Positions 44,740-54,289 of a stretch of DNA of 64,000 bases are shown here, piece by piece; the first letter of the stretch is position 1, and each line of letters starts with the position of its first letter. Location: the IMG/VR virus record IMGVR_UViG_3300014202_000478, positions 27,464 through 91,463 of that record. One strand, given 5' to 3'. The notes under the pieces were generated by a model that saw only the letters and a list, made by a program, of their open reading frames with translations, did not search any database and was not told the DNA's origin. The translations under genes were made by a program, and so were the position numbers. Source of the stretch: a virus.

Positions 44740-45195
44740 TTAGTTCACGTTGACTTGATTGATTCTGCTGGTTTTGTAGTAGGACAGTACGACCTTGTTG
44801 GTCAAAACTTCGCTACTTCCGTAATCATATTCGGTCAAATGTTCTTCGATTTTCAATCCGACGAAATTAATTATGGTGATTGGCGTACCTGCACCGTCAA
44901 AATGGGTTAGTGTGGCGGTAGATGCGTTCTTATTTTTGTCTACTAAAGCCTGAAGCCAATCAAAAACAGTGCCTTTGGCATCGTCCATGACTTCGAGAAT
45001 GATTTTCTTGTTTACATAATCGGTTTTCATGGTCCTCATCCAATAATGAATTTCTGGATGGTTCTCATTGGTGAATGTCCAACGAAATGCTCTAGGTATA
45101 ACTATTGTAGGGGAATGCGCTGGATGACCCTGCATATCCATTTTTGGTTTTTCACTTCTTTTCTCTCTAATCTTACACTTTACGTCCTGATCCAT
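44740..45195 (-). CDS. tail tube (gp19-like) paralogue
   Basis: FRWTF..., VFDWLQ, LTHFDGAG, YDYGSSEV..KVVLSY pattern. Confidence 0.65.
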   Translation of the reverse strand: MDQDVKCKIREKRSEKPKMDMQGHPAHSPTIVIPRAFRWTFTNENHPEIHYWMRTMKTDYVNKKIILEVMDDAKGTVFDWLQALVDKNKNASTATLTHFDGAGTPITIINFVGLKIEEHLTEYDYGSSEVLTNKVVLSYYKTSRINQVNVN

Positions 45196-45203
45196 TAGTC
45201 TCC

Positions 45204-45950
45204 TTAAGAATAAATTTGCAATTGGTTTGTGTCTGATATATAAACGTTGCCGCCAAAATCTAGCTCAAACCATATATCATATAAACCGCAATCAAATAGA
45301 TTTGTGTCAATCTTATAAAATCCCCTATTTTTCTCTCTATAAAAAGTAGGTTCCCTATCTACGATTAATCGTAAATCGCTTTCGCACGGTAAGCAATCAC
45401 CACATCTTTGTGCAATATATACGAAAAGTTGTGCTGAGATAGCTAGATTTTCATAATATGCACAAAGGTCAGTTGCCCTTGGCACGTTAGGTATGATTTC
45501 TATTTCAATAGACTTAATCTCGCCCATTCTCATTTTATTTGGCTGGAAATAGAAACTAAAATCATAAACTATAGGAATTGGTGTCGTATACCACAATTCA
45601 GGGTAAATTTGGAACAATTGTGCGTGATTAGCTGGCAGATCGCCTGGCTGGAATACAACTTCCCACTCATCAATATAACGTCCTGTTTTAGTATAAATTA
45701 CAGGGTCTAAGTATAAATCATAATAGTATTCACCTTGTTGTGGATTCAGTACACTGGCCCCTGGTATAGTCTGAACTAATACCATGCCTGATGGATTCAC
45801 TACAGTCACTGCCGCTGGGTCCAAATAGTATATTCGAACCACGTTAATTGCTGCAACTTCTGCGGTCATATTGGAGTTTAAGACAAAGAATTTAAGTCTT
45901 ACCGTGTCTCCAATGGTGGGATTCTGATATCTGTCTTTTAATGCTGCCAC
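45204..45950 (-). CDS. probable virion structural protein
   Basis: 248 aa beta-rich protein in tail module. Confidence 0.6.
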   Translation of the reverse strand: MAALKDRYQNPTIGDTVRLKFFVLNSNMTAEVAAINVVRIYYLDPAAVTVVNPSGMVLVQTIPGASVLNPQQGEYYYDLYLDPVIYTKTGRYIDEWEVVFQPGDLPANHAQLFQIYPELWYTTPIPIVYDFSFYFQPNKMRMGEIKSIEIEIIPNVPRATDLCAYYENLAISAQLFVYIAQRCGDCLPCESDLRLIVDREPTFYREKNRGFYKIDTNLFDCGLYDIWFELDFGGNVYISDTNQLQIYS

Positions 45951-45954
45951 TTAT

Positions 45955-46179
45955 TTACCCCTTATCATGAGCTTTCCTGCTGTTGATATATTTAGTGACA
46001 AATCTGGCAATCTCATCAAGTTTAGCATCATGTTCTTTCAGTTGATCCTTACTCTCTTTCTTTTGAAGCCAGAAGTTCTTTAGACTTGCCTTTTTCTCGG
46101 CATATTGAAGTAATTTGTTAATCGTGGTTAAGTCCCAATGCAAGTGATATGCTAACATAAACCTAAGTTCAATTAGCAT
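45955..46179 (-). CDS. gp51/T-like small chaperone paralogue
   Basis: MLIELRFMLAYHLHW resembles FFFLYHLH of the upstream ORF. Confidence 0.5.
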   Translation of the reverse strand: MLIELRFMLAYHLHWDLTTINKLLQYAEKKASLKNFWLQKKESKDQLKEHDAKLDEIARFVTKYINSRKAHDKG

Positions 46180-46180
46180 A

Positions 46181-46408
46181 TCACTTTCCGCGTTTCGCCT
46201 TCTCGATATATTCATTTTCTTTTTCTTTCTGATCTATGAATTTCTTTATTAAGTATTTACGCTCGTTAATAGGATATTGTAGAAATTCAGGACGCCCAAC
46301 ATGAAGATGGTACAAGAAGAAGAATTGTTCATCCATTAAGTAGTACCAGAATCCGAGTCCGTCGTCATCGGTTCCTTCTTTTTCTTGTGCCGTGGGAAGA
46401 AAAAACCC
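46181..46408 (-). CDS. gp51/T-like extension reached by -1 frameshift (own ATG at 46336 also possible)
   Basis: -1 frame open from slippery GGGTTTTTTC to TGA 46181: ...FWYYLMDEQFFFLYHLHVGRPEFLQYPINERKYLIKKF; not in ORF track. Confidence 0.7.
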   Translation of the reverse strand, partial: GFFLPTAQEKEGTDDDGLGFWYYLMDEQFFFLYHLHVGRPEFLQYPINERKYLIKKFIDQKEKENEYIEKAKRGK

Positions 46409-47427
46409 GCTTCAAGTGGTAGCTCAACCTCAAAATCATGATAACACAGCGAGCAAGTAATTCCACACTTCGTATCAACGCCAAATGGTGGATCAAGAGC
46501 TAAACCTCTTAAATAACTAACGTCTTGAATCGGCAGCTTCTTAAGAAGGATCATTAACTCAGTCTTATCTTTGACGCCTTCAATATTCTCTACCATCAAC
46601 GCAATTCTGTATAACAGACTGTCATCTACACTCGCGTCATTGTATTCCTTAACTCGCTTTTCTCTGTATTCTGTTACCAAATTCTCATCTTTGCCCTTTG
46701 GCAGATGCCAAGTGAAATTAAGACCAGATTTCGGCAGTACGTCTGTTAAAGGAGCCGCAAAATCAGGTGGACAATAATCAACCATCAATTGATCCAAACG
46801 GATTGTGTGGGAGAATTTCTTGTCACAGTCTGGACATTTAATTTCTACTTCATATTCATGACCATAAGAAATGCTTCGTAATGCAATAAGGAGATAGGTT
46901 CTGTCTACAGAAAGAAGCTCGTCAGGCTTGATTGTTTCTCTAATACATCGCTGGAATATCATGTTGATAGCTGCACCCTTCTTGATGTAGCGAGGCGTAG
47001 CTAGAATTTGTTCTTCTTCGCCAGTCATGGGGCGAAGATGGAGAACGCCGTCCTGTGGAGCGTCATTACCATTGTAGAATACACCCAATGATGGAAGTTT
47101 AATTTCATCATATGTGTAAGCCCCTGGTCGTAACTGCGCAAGCAATTCCTCTAGCTGTGGACTACCTACAGGACGTGGCCTGCCTTGTGGTCTTTGTGGT
47201 TGCGGCTGCGGCTGCTGTTGCTTCTTTCTTGGCTGTGGCTCAGTCTCTTCTTCCGCTCCTAAGTCAGCGAATGGGTCTTTCTGAGAAGCTAGCTTTGCTT
47301 CTACTGATTCAGCCTGCTTTTCTTGCTTCATTTGCTTCATTGCTTCATAAAATTGTGGTGGGGCTTTGCCCATGAATTTGATTGCATTATCATTAACCTG
47401 ATCCTGACGAATAATTTCTTCCGACAT
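46336..47427 (-). CDS. T4 gp26-like baseplate hub / tail assembly chaperone
   Basis: IKLPSLG, LRPMTGEEEQIL, DRTYLLIALRSISYG, CPDC, CSLC. Confidence 0.8.
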   Translation of the reverse strand: MSEEIIRQDQVNDNAIKFMGKAPPQFYEAMKQMKQEKQAESVEAKLASQKDPFADLGAEEETEPQPRKKQQQPQPQPQRPQGRPRPVGSPQLEELLAQLRPGAYTYDEIKLPSLGVFYNGNDAPQDGVLHLRPMTGEEEQILATPRYIKKGAAINMIFQRCIRETIKPDELLSVDRTYLLIALRSISYGHEYEVEIKCPDCDKKFSHTIRLDQLMVDYCPPDFAAPLTDVLPKSGLNFTWHLPKGKDENLVTEYREKRVKEYNDASVDDSLLYRIALMVENIEGVKDKTELMILLKKLPIQDVSYLRGLALDPPFGVDTKCGITCSLCYHDFEVELPLEAGFFFPRHKKKKEPMTTDSDSGTT

Positions 47428-47456
47428 AATTTCTCCTTTAACTTAAATAATTGAGT

Positions 47457-47828
47457 ATGATTACAATAAATATTAGAAACATAGAAGAGTTAATATTAAA
47501 GAATTTAGAAGCTAAAGCTTTATTCCCCGATTTGCGACCGTTGTTCGATCAATGGGCATTTAGCTACCGTTTTTCCGCTCTATCCGCCATTCGAAAACAA
47601 GCTGTCTTAGATTTGTTAAACTCTCTCAATGGCCCGCATGTAGAGAAACTAGCGAGGTTGTTTGGTGATATGGTTTTTATCGAAAAACTAGACCACCATA
47701 TTGTGAGGAATATAAATTTCCCTACTGATAGCGATGCCATCGAGAGAGAATTGACAAATCATTCCAGTTATACTAATATTGCTTTGAGTAGAAGTGCGGA
47801 CAAAGTTTATATAACCATGTGGAGATGA
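47457..47828 (+). CDS. hypothetical protein
   Basis: TAAATA upstream; 123 aa. Confidence 0.6.
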   Translation: MITINIRNIEELILKNLEAKALFPDLRPLFDQWAFSYRFSALSAIRKQAVLDLLNSLNGPHVEKLARLFGDMVFIEKLDHHIVRNINFPTDSDAIERELTNHSSYTNIALSRSADKVYITMWR

Positions 47829-48154
47829 TTTTTATGGAAATTCTTTTGTTTATTTTGGGCGTCATAGGAATGACGCATATCATTGTTGATGCATCTATTT
47901 TTCAGTGGCTGCGTAACGCTATTGACAAGTATCTGCCTGAAAAGGTAGCCGCTGGCATCCATTGCTATCAATGCACTGGCTTCTGGTGTGGCTTGTTCTG
48001 TGGTTGGATCATGCTTTCTGATAGTCCTTTGAAAATGTTCGTCGCTGGTTGTGCTGGTAGTGTACTTGCTAACTTTGCAGCACTATATATGAATTACTTG
48101 GAAGCGAGAACGATAATATCATTACCAGACATTAAGGAGGAAGATGGCAAGTAA
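47819..48154 (+). CDS. small membrane protein
   Basis: Hydrophobic segments; CYQCTGFW motif. Confidence 0.7.
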   Translation: MEMIFMEILLFILGVIGMTHIIVDASIFQWLRNAIDKYLPEKVAAGIHCYQCTGFWCGLFCGWIMLSDSPLKMFVAGCAGSVLANFAALYMNYLEARTIISLPDIKEEDGK

Positions 48155-48452
48155 ATATTACAGACTGCATTGCGAGATATGTGGATACAACACGATCACT
48201 GATGGAACCAATATGAATTTAGTTGAGTACAAACGTTCCAAGGTGCAGAAAGAAATACCGAGACTAGACCCAGCTACAAACAAGACAATTCCTTCGACAT
48301 GGTTGACATTGCCAAAGAAGTATAAGTGCCCCAAATGCGGCAGATTAATCTCTGCTAGGAAGTTTAAGGAACCAGAAATTGAAGATAAAGCCAAAAATAA
48401 TGATGACCAAAATCTCGATCCAAGAAGTCAAGGAGGCTTTGAGAGACTCTAA
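48144..48452 (+). CDS. Zn-ribbon hypothetical protein
   Basis: CEIC and CPKC. Confidence 0.65.
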   Translation: MASKYYRLHCEICGYNTITDGTNMNLVEYKRSKVQKEIPRLDPATNKTIPSTWLTLPKKYKCPKCGRLISARKFKEPEIEDKAKNNDDQNLDPRSQGGFERL

Positions 48453-48774
48453 GTTTAGACTCTCTTTGCCACCTGAATTAAAAGACGATATCAGGAAGTA
48501 TGAACAAAACCCAAATTGCCCATGCAACTTGGACGTTTATCGTAATATCCTGAAACTCGGTGCCAAGCAACTCAAAGAGTATTATCCCGACAAGGAGGTG
48601 GTTAATCCTGATACGGAGTTGCCACCTTTGCAGGAAAATTACTGGACTGTCATCAATTGTCCAGTAACCGAAATTGAAGCTCATTTGAAGAAAGCAGGAC
48701 CAGGCCGCAAACAAGTTTTCGTTGCACGCTACGAAGATCAAGCAACCGTTATTATCAATGACCTAGACGTTTGA
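48400..48774 (+). CDS. hypothetical protein
   Basis: NPNCPCN motif; coupled to upstream ORF. Confidence 0.65.
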   Translation: MMTKISIQEVKEALRDSKFRLSLPPELKDDIRKYEQNPNCPCNLDVYRNILKLGAKQLKEYYPDKEVVNPDTELPPLQENYWTVINCPVTEIEAHLKKAGPGRKQVFVARYEDQATVIINDLDV

Positions 48775-49701
48775 TCGGTATGTTTCAGCACTTGTTAGAG
48801 CCTTTTTGCATTTCGTAATCATTTCATTGGGGTAGGCGTCATATTTGGATATATGCATGGGCCACAGGTCCAGATTCAGCCGTCTACTGCCCAAGATTAT
48901 TGCATTTTCGTAAAAGGCGATAGCATCCTCAAGTTTCTCCGCTTTTACGAAAATGTCTCCTAATAGACACCAGAACTCAGCCATTAAAGGATTTTCCGAA
49001 AGACAGAGTATTATGTTCTTGATAGCTTCATTTGTATTGTTTTCAACCACACCCTGGACCAATGCCAAATAATAGCGAGCTAATACACTTGGTATGTCCG
49101 CTTTACTAACATTGAAAAGATATTGTGCCATAATCCTTTTGAAATCCATGAAGTTCTTATCAGCCAATGCATTAAAAGCTTTATAATATGATGCATCTAC
49201 AGACAGCGGCATAGCCCTTTTCCATGCTTCCAGTTTCTTTATAATTGTTGGATCGTCCACCTTGTTTTGATATAACATTACGTCTACGATCTTAGTCGGG
49301 TCTATATTTGGTTTCTCAAATATTGGATTCTTAAAAATCACTTTATTACTTTTTTTGTTCCAAAGTCTAGGTTCTTTCAGGATAACATCGTCTTGCAGGA
49401 TTTGAAAACCATATATTTCTTTGTCTGTAATGAACAGGTTGGTTAGATTTTCGTTGAAGCTAAGCATAGTTTCGTTGTCTTTGAGGTATAAAATCCAGTC
49501 TGTTTGAGCAATGTCTTGTAATTGGTTCAATGCATCGCTATAATTGTTACTCTTAAGCTCTATGACCGAAGTAATCTTGGAATCTGTTTGCAAGGGATGG
49601 TAAGTCCCTAAAAGGATTTGCTGTGGTTGGAGCGACAGCACTGACTTTAGCGTGTTAGTCGTGCTGGTCTTGTTTATCATGATTATTGTGAATGGGAGCA
49701 T
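48763..49701 (-). CDS. degenerate GT2-like + TPR protein
   Basis: MLPFTIIMI, TDWILYL, EPRLW; TPR-like AEFWCLLGDIF...AIAFYENA. Confidence 0.6.
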   Translation of the reverse strand: MLPFTIIMINKTSTTNTLKSVLSLQPQQILLGTYHPLQTDSKITSVIELKSNNYSDALNQLQDIAQTDWILYLKDNETMLSFNENLTNLFITDKEIYGFQILQDDVILKEPRLWNKKSNKVIFKNPIFEKPNIDPTKIVDVMLYQNKVDDPTIIKKLEAWKRAMPLSVDASYYKAFNALADKNFMDFKRIMAQYLFNVSKADIPSVLARYYLALVQGVVENNTNEAIKNIILCLSENPLMAEFWCLLGDIFVKAEKLEDAIAFYENAIILGSRRLNLDLWPMHISKYDAYPNEMITKCKKALTSAETYRSNV

Positions 49702-49840
49702 ATTTTTTCTCAAGTAAATGAGCGAACGCTTCAGCAAGTTGCGGCATATTATTTTGGGCGAAATATGCTCTTAATTCATCGTAATTTTTAGAAGACTTAG
49801 GGTTTTCTACTATTTTATATAAGATTTGAATTATCTGCAT
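49655..49840 (-). CDS. small hypothetical protein
   Basis: 61 aa. Confidence 0.5.
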   Translation of the reverse strand: MQIIQILYKIVENPKSSKNYDELRAYFAQNNMPQLAEAFAHLLEKKYAPIHNNHDKQDQHD

Positions 49841-49847
49841 AGGCTAA

Positions 49848-50732
49848 GTGAGTAAAATTATGAAAGAAGATATTGCACCCATTCGTGGCGATGACATGAT
49901 CGGCCAAATCGCTTGGGAAGGTAGCGAAAAGAAAAAACCCTGGCATTACAGGGTTACTGCCGCGATACCTGTATTAGATACCTACGAAATTCTTGAAATT
50001 TGTCTAGAACTACTAAAACTACAAACTGAAAAACCTTATATCATGGTAATCGACACGGGCAGCCGTGGCGAACAACTGGAGAAGATGAGAAAGCTGCAAG
50101 CGTCAAACATAGAAGTCCACTTCCTACAACTGAATGGCGTTCACCACCCGTCTGATTTCCCCGCAATGGCAATGGAAGTAGCATTTGCCGTTTGCAGAAC
50201 AGAGTTCATTTTTGCTACTCATGCAGACTGCTTCCTTCGTAAAAGAACATTTTTGGCTGAGATGATGGAGATGACACAAAAAGTCTCACCTGTGGTTGGC
50301 TATGAAATGTCTCCGAGGGCACACAGCGATTGGGTTGGTATGGTTTCACACACTGCATCCATGTATCACATGCCGACAATGGACAAGATTAACTTCGGTT
50401 GGAGTCTACGCAAATTATGCAATATGTATAATATCAGAGATTATAAGCCTAATCCAATGCGCCCGAACTGGCCAGACACTGAGATTCTAGGAAATTACGT
50501 TCTGCGACACAACAAAATCAAACCACACCTTATTGGCTCTGAAAAAAACTTCACAAGACAAGTTGACGATAATATTGACCACATAAGAAGCTACACTTCT
50601 GGCAAGCTCTATAGTCCACCGTATTTTGAACAGGCACAGGAATGGCTGCAAGAGGCAAAAGAAGAAGCACTTGAAAGAATAGATGAATGGCGAATAGAAG
50701 ATTATAAAAATTCTTTGGAACAGTTTACATAA
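49848..50732 (+). CDS. GT-A/GT2-like glycosyltransferase
   Basis: AAIPV, MVIDTGS, FATHADCF (DxD-like). Confidence 0.7.
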   Translation: MSKIMKEDIAPIRGDDMIGQIAWEGSEKKKPWHYRVTAAIPVLDTYEILEICLELLKLQTEKPYIMVIDTGSRGEQLEKMRKLQASNIEVHFLQLNGVHHPSDFPAMAMEVAFAVCRTEFIFATHADCFLRKRTFLAEMMEMTQKVSPVVGYEMSPRAHSDWVGMVSHTASMYHMPTMDKINFGWSLRKLCNMYNIRDYKPNPMRPNWPDTEILGNYVLRHNKIKPHLIGSEKNFTRQVDDNIDHIRSYTSGKLYSPPYFEQAQEWLQEAKEEALERIDEWRIEDYKNSLEQFT

Positions 50733-50756
50733 ATAGATTTCTAATAAAGGAGTGCT

Positions 50757-51293
50757 TTGAGTACGGAGTATTTAAACAATAAGATTTTTGAGGAAGTAAT
50801 CGCCAGATTTCAACAGTCCAAGAGGGAAAAAAGCAAATACGAGATTTGTATAGAAGATTTGAAGGGTGCGATTGACCGTGGTAACGATTGTGTGGATTTC
50901 ATTTTGCGACTTGATAGGTTCGCAAACATGCACAAAAATGCCAGTTTGCTGTTTGTGGAAACACAACAACAACTAGCAATCGCGTTCTTGACGTTATCAG
51001 AAAATATAGTCAGATATGCAAAATTCAATTTAATTGACATAGATGACGCCATTCAGGAAGGGGTAATGATTTGTTTTGAGAAGATTGATCGCTTTGATCC
51101 ACTGAAGGGCAAAGCGTTCAATTATATGACTACCTGCATACTTAATCACTATCGACAACTCTATCGAACCGCCAGAAATTATAATGAACTAAAGAAAAAA
51201 TACCATGACTTCTTACAAAGCCAAGTGGAGAAGGTTTTGTTAAGACACAAACCACAAAATCCTAATAATTATGTTGTAAAAGGGCAATCTTAG
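50757..51293 (+). CDS. phage sigma factor, T4 gp55-like
   Basis: DAIQEGVMICFEKIDRFDPLKGKAFNYMTTCILNHYRQ (sigma region 2); AAGGAG RBS, TTG start. Confidence 0.8.
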   Translation: MSTEYLNNKIFEEVIARFQQSKREKSKYEICIEDLKGAIDRGNDCVDFILRLDRFANMHKNASLLFVETQQQLAIAFLTLSENIVRYAKFNLIDIDDAIQEGVMICFEKIDRFDPLKGKAFNYMTTCILNHYRQLYRTARNYNELKKKYHDFLQSQVEKVLLRHKPQNPNNYVVKGQS

Positions 51294-51310
51294 TAATATA
51301 ATTCTAAACT

Positions 51311-51544
51311 ATGAGTAAAAATCTGACGGAAGTTTTAGAGCAACAGGAAGTTATTCAAAAACTTATTGATAAGGGTCACGGCCCATTAATTGATGCCCTC
51401 TTGATGAATGAATCAAAGGTTTATACAAAAAAGGGCAGACTCAATAAGAGCGGAGCATGTCGCGTACTAGGATGGAAAACCAAACAACTAGAAGACGCTA
51501 TTGAAGAATGCCGCTGCATCTTTCCAGACCTCTTTGAAGGTTAA
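51311..51544 (+). CDS. small HTH-like protein
   Basis: NKSGACRVLGWKTKQLEDAI; follows sigma factor. Confidence 0.6.
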   Translation: MSKNLTEVLEQQEVIQKLIDKGHGPLIDALLMNESKVYTKKGRLNKSGACRVLGWKTKQLEDAIEECRCIFPDLFEG

Positions 51545-52245
51545 ATTATCATCATAAAATCAGGCGTGTTAGGGTCAATCGCATTGAAGGTATTAGGTGA
51601 TAAAAACGTCATGCTAACTATAGGCCCACCGCCCTGATTTGGCGTACAATTTGGTGGATCAGTACAACTTACACAGGCTGTTGTTGTATACAGAGCATGA
51701 TCCCCCGTTGGGTACGTCTGAAATGCCCTATCATATCTCAATGAAAAATCAACAGTAACGTATTCGTTACTATTCATGTCTAAGTCACCCCAATCAATGT
51801 TCTGCGGGTAACAATGTTCCAATGTCCAACTTTCTAGGATGTTGCCGCAACCATCAAGTAAGACCAAGCTACAACATGCTTTGAACGATAATGGATCAAT
51901 GCACGGATACCAGGCACTACAACCAGTTGGCGTTGGATCATACTGCTGTTTTAACCACGAAAATATAGGATTTTGAGCTGCAATGCAACGATCATATAGT
52001 GATATAGGAATTGGTTGCCATTCTGGTTTACTTGGATAGGAAATTGTTTCATTCAAGTGTTCAGCTTGCATTTCTCTGAAGTTAAGCTTAGGACGAGAAG
52101 CTTTGAAGCAAGGTAGAGCAGCGTTATTACCAAGAGTAATGTTTTCAATATTAAACAGCCATCGGAACTTTCTTTTTATAGTTCCAACGCTTCCAGTGCC
52201 GCCCCACTCAGGACGGAAAAACCCCATAGGTACAGTACAAGCCAT
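51541..52245 (-). CDS. tail tube protein (gp19-like)
   Basis: KRKFRWLF, ASRPKL, EWQPI..LYD, LDGCGNILESWTL, WGDLD, FSLRYD. Confidence 0.85.
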   Translation of the reverse strand: MACTVPMGFFRPEWGGTGSVGTIKRKFRWLFNIENITLGNNAALPCFKASRPKLNFREMQAEHLNETISYPSKPEWQPIPISLYDRCIAAQNPIFSWLKQQYDPTPTGCSAWYPCIDPLSFKACCSLVLLDGCGNILESWTLEHCYPQNIDWGDLDMNSNEYVTVDFSLRYDRAFQTYPTGDHALYTTTACVSCTDPPNCTPNQGGGPIVSMTFLSPNTFNAIDPNTPDFMMII

Positions 52246-52263
52246 AAATCCCCTTAACTATAT

Positions 52264-52298
52264 AAAAAAAGAGGGGTTAAAAACCCCTCTTTTTTTTT
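52264..52298. terminator. intrinsic terminator, A and T tails on both sides
   Basis: aaaaaaagagggg-ttaaaa-acccctctttttttt. Confidence 0.85.
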
Positions 52299-52312
52299 CA
52301 TTTTTATTTTGT

Positions 52313-53020
52313 TTACCCTTGCACAACTGGACATGGACCGCATGGGCACTTCTCGAATGGCTGCTCTGGACAGTAAGACTTGTAACTTACTTCACTATAA
52401 CGCAATGTAAGTTCAACAGTACACTCTTCAGAACTTGACATATCCAAATCGCCCCAATTGACTGACTGAGGCCAAACGTGACGTAGTATCCAACCTTCAA
52501 GAGGATTACCGCAACCGTCCCACAAGACAAGTCTAGCAATGCCTTCATACTGCTCAGGCACACTGTTCATTTGCAAACAGATCGGGTCTTGGAAATCATA
52601 AATTGTTGCTATCCAAGCTAAAACAGAAGTTGTGTTCAAACCCGCGTTAGTTGCACCAGCAACATCATAATATGTTACTGTCATTGTCTGCCATGTGCCC
52701 TTACCAGGAATAAACATCTTGCCGTTCAAATAGTTAATTTCGACTTCTTCGAAATCAATCTGTGGACGGGCACCTATCTTGACGAACTCCTTAGCTACAC
52801 TCTTCGAAGCTATAGGATTTCCCTGTTCGTCTACCGCATTACAGCAATATTCAATTTCAAAAGTCCAACGAAACTTCCTTTTGAAAATAACTTTACCGTT
52901 GCCTAACGATCCAAGACCCATTGCTAAACGCTGTGGGTTTCCGTCTAGGTCTAGATCGCAAGTTTCCAAGTCTCTAATACCGCCGAAAAAAGTGTTATCT
53001 AGATTTAAATTGCAGGCCAT
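52313..53020 (-). CDS. tail tube protein (gp19-like)
   Basis: KRKFRWTF, PGKGTWQTMTVTYYD, WDGCGNPLEGWIL, WGDLDMS, LTLRY. Confidence 0.88.
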   Translation of the reverse strand: MACNLNLDNTFFGGIRDLETCDLDLDGNPQRLAMGLGSLGNGKVIFKRKFRWTFEIEYCCNAVDEQGNPIASKSVAKEFVKIGARPQIDFEEVEINYLNGKMFIPGKGTWQTMTVTYYDVAGATNAGLNTTSVLAWIATIYDFQDPICLQMNSVPEQYEGIARLVLWDGCGNPLEGWILRHVWPQSVNWGDLDMSSSEECTVELTLRYSEVSYKSYCPEQPFEKCPCGPCPVVQG

Positions 53021-53048
53021 TCTACTTCTCCTTAAATTTATTTATTCT

Positions 53049-54287
53049 CTACTTTGTAAATTTGAAACATATATTTACAAATTCGACACTATCCTTAATT
53101 GTCAATTCTATATCAACCTCAAACTCTTCGGGTTTACAAAATTCATTCACGCGGATTACATAGTTATTAATCCCCTGATCGTCCTTTATCGGTTGAAGTA
53201 TATATTCACTGCATTCGATAAAATTATTCCTAAAGTTATTACTCACAGGATTATGCGCACTTAATAGCTCTCTGCCAAGCTTACTTATCTTGTTCTTGAT
53301 ATAGCCTAACAATCGTCTATCGGATAGTTTACTTCCACCAAGCGTCAAAACTTTAGTGTCTAAAATTAAAGAATCATTCTTTTTATTTGCGATATTAATA
53401 AAATGCTCTTTCTTAGACAAATAAACCAACTCGTCATGATGAATGCTAAATGCAGCATCAGAGACACCCGCCAGCTTCGTCCTGACTGGATTCCAAACGA
53501 ACGGCCAACTGAGAATTGCGGTAAGAACTGGACCCGATGGGGGCACACTCTTCTTGTCATAATTCATCCAAGGCCAAAACATAACGCCTTGGTCCGAAGG
53601 CACTAACTCTTTACACCATTTGTAAGTCTGAAGAAGATCACATTCCCAAGGCGGATCAATTGCCAGCATTACATCTGGTCTTTCTTCTTCCAAATACTGT
53701 AAAACTTCGTTAATTACCCCCGTAGAGTCACAATCTGGAATTGAAATAAACTCAATGTCACTGTCTTCCGTTGACTTGACAGCATTAAGAATTGCTCCTA
53801 TACGTTTTTCCGCCTTTTGTTTGGGCGCAAAACGTAAATCAACCTTACAGGCTGTTGGCAAATTGGACTTTTTAACCGATAAGACAATCCACTTTGATGC
53901 TAAATTGACCGTATCTTCAGCTTCATGAGGAGTTAAATTGCCCCAAAATTCCACCATCTCGCCATTATTCATGACAAGAAGATTGAATTTATCCGCTTCC
54001 CTTGTAACTTCGACTATCGTTGAATTGCCACTAACACCTGGAGAATCAGCCTGAATAGTCATGCAAATTGTATCATTATCGTCTAGCAAGTAGGCGGAAG
54101 CCGTAGGCACGTCTTCTTCTACTCTGACTACCACTGGACTAAAATCACCAAACAGCAGTTGTTCCGCTACTGTTGTTAGCTTTGATTTCTTTCCAAAATT
54201 TGTATGTAAATCCTTTACACTTTCTATTTTTGTAGGCGTATTGAACAAACCTTTCCCTGCATAGCCTATTATTGCTGCTAATCTCAT
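53049..54287 (-). CDS. tail sheath protein (gp18-like, divergent)
   Basis: AIIGYAGKG..NTP..I, ADSPG..GN, LAIDPP, FWPW, VPPSG, RRLL; next to tube genes. Confidence 0.7.
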   Translation of the reverse strand: MRLAAIIGYAGKGLFNTPTKIESVKDLHTNFGKKSKLTTVAEQLLFGDFSPVVVRVEEDVPTASAYLLDDNDTICMTIQADSPGVSGNSTIVEVTREADKFNLLVMNNGEMVEFWGNLTPHEAEDTVNLASKWIVLSVKKSNLPTACKVDLRFAPKQKAEKRIGAILNAVKSTEDSDIEFISIPDCDSTGVINEVLQYLEEERPDVMLAIDPPWECDLLQTYKWCKELVPSDQGVMFWPWMNYDKKSVPPSGPVLTAILSWPFVWNPVRTKLAGVSDAAFSIHHDELVYLSKKEHFINIANKKNDSLILDTKVLTLGGSKLSDRRLLGYIKNKISKLGRELLSAHNPVSNNFRNNFIECSEYILQPIKDDQGINNYVIRVNEFCKPEEFEVDIELTIKDSVEFVNICFKFTK

Positions 54288-54289
54288 AA

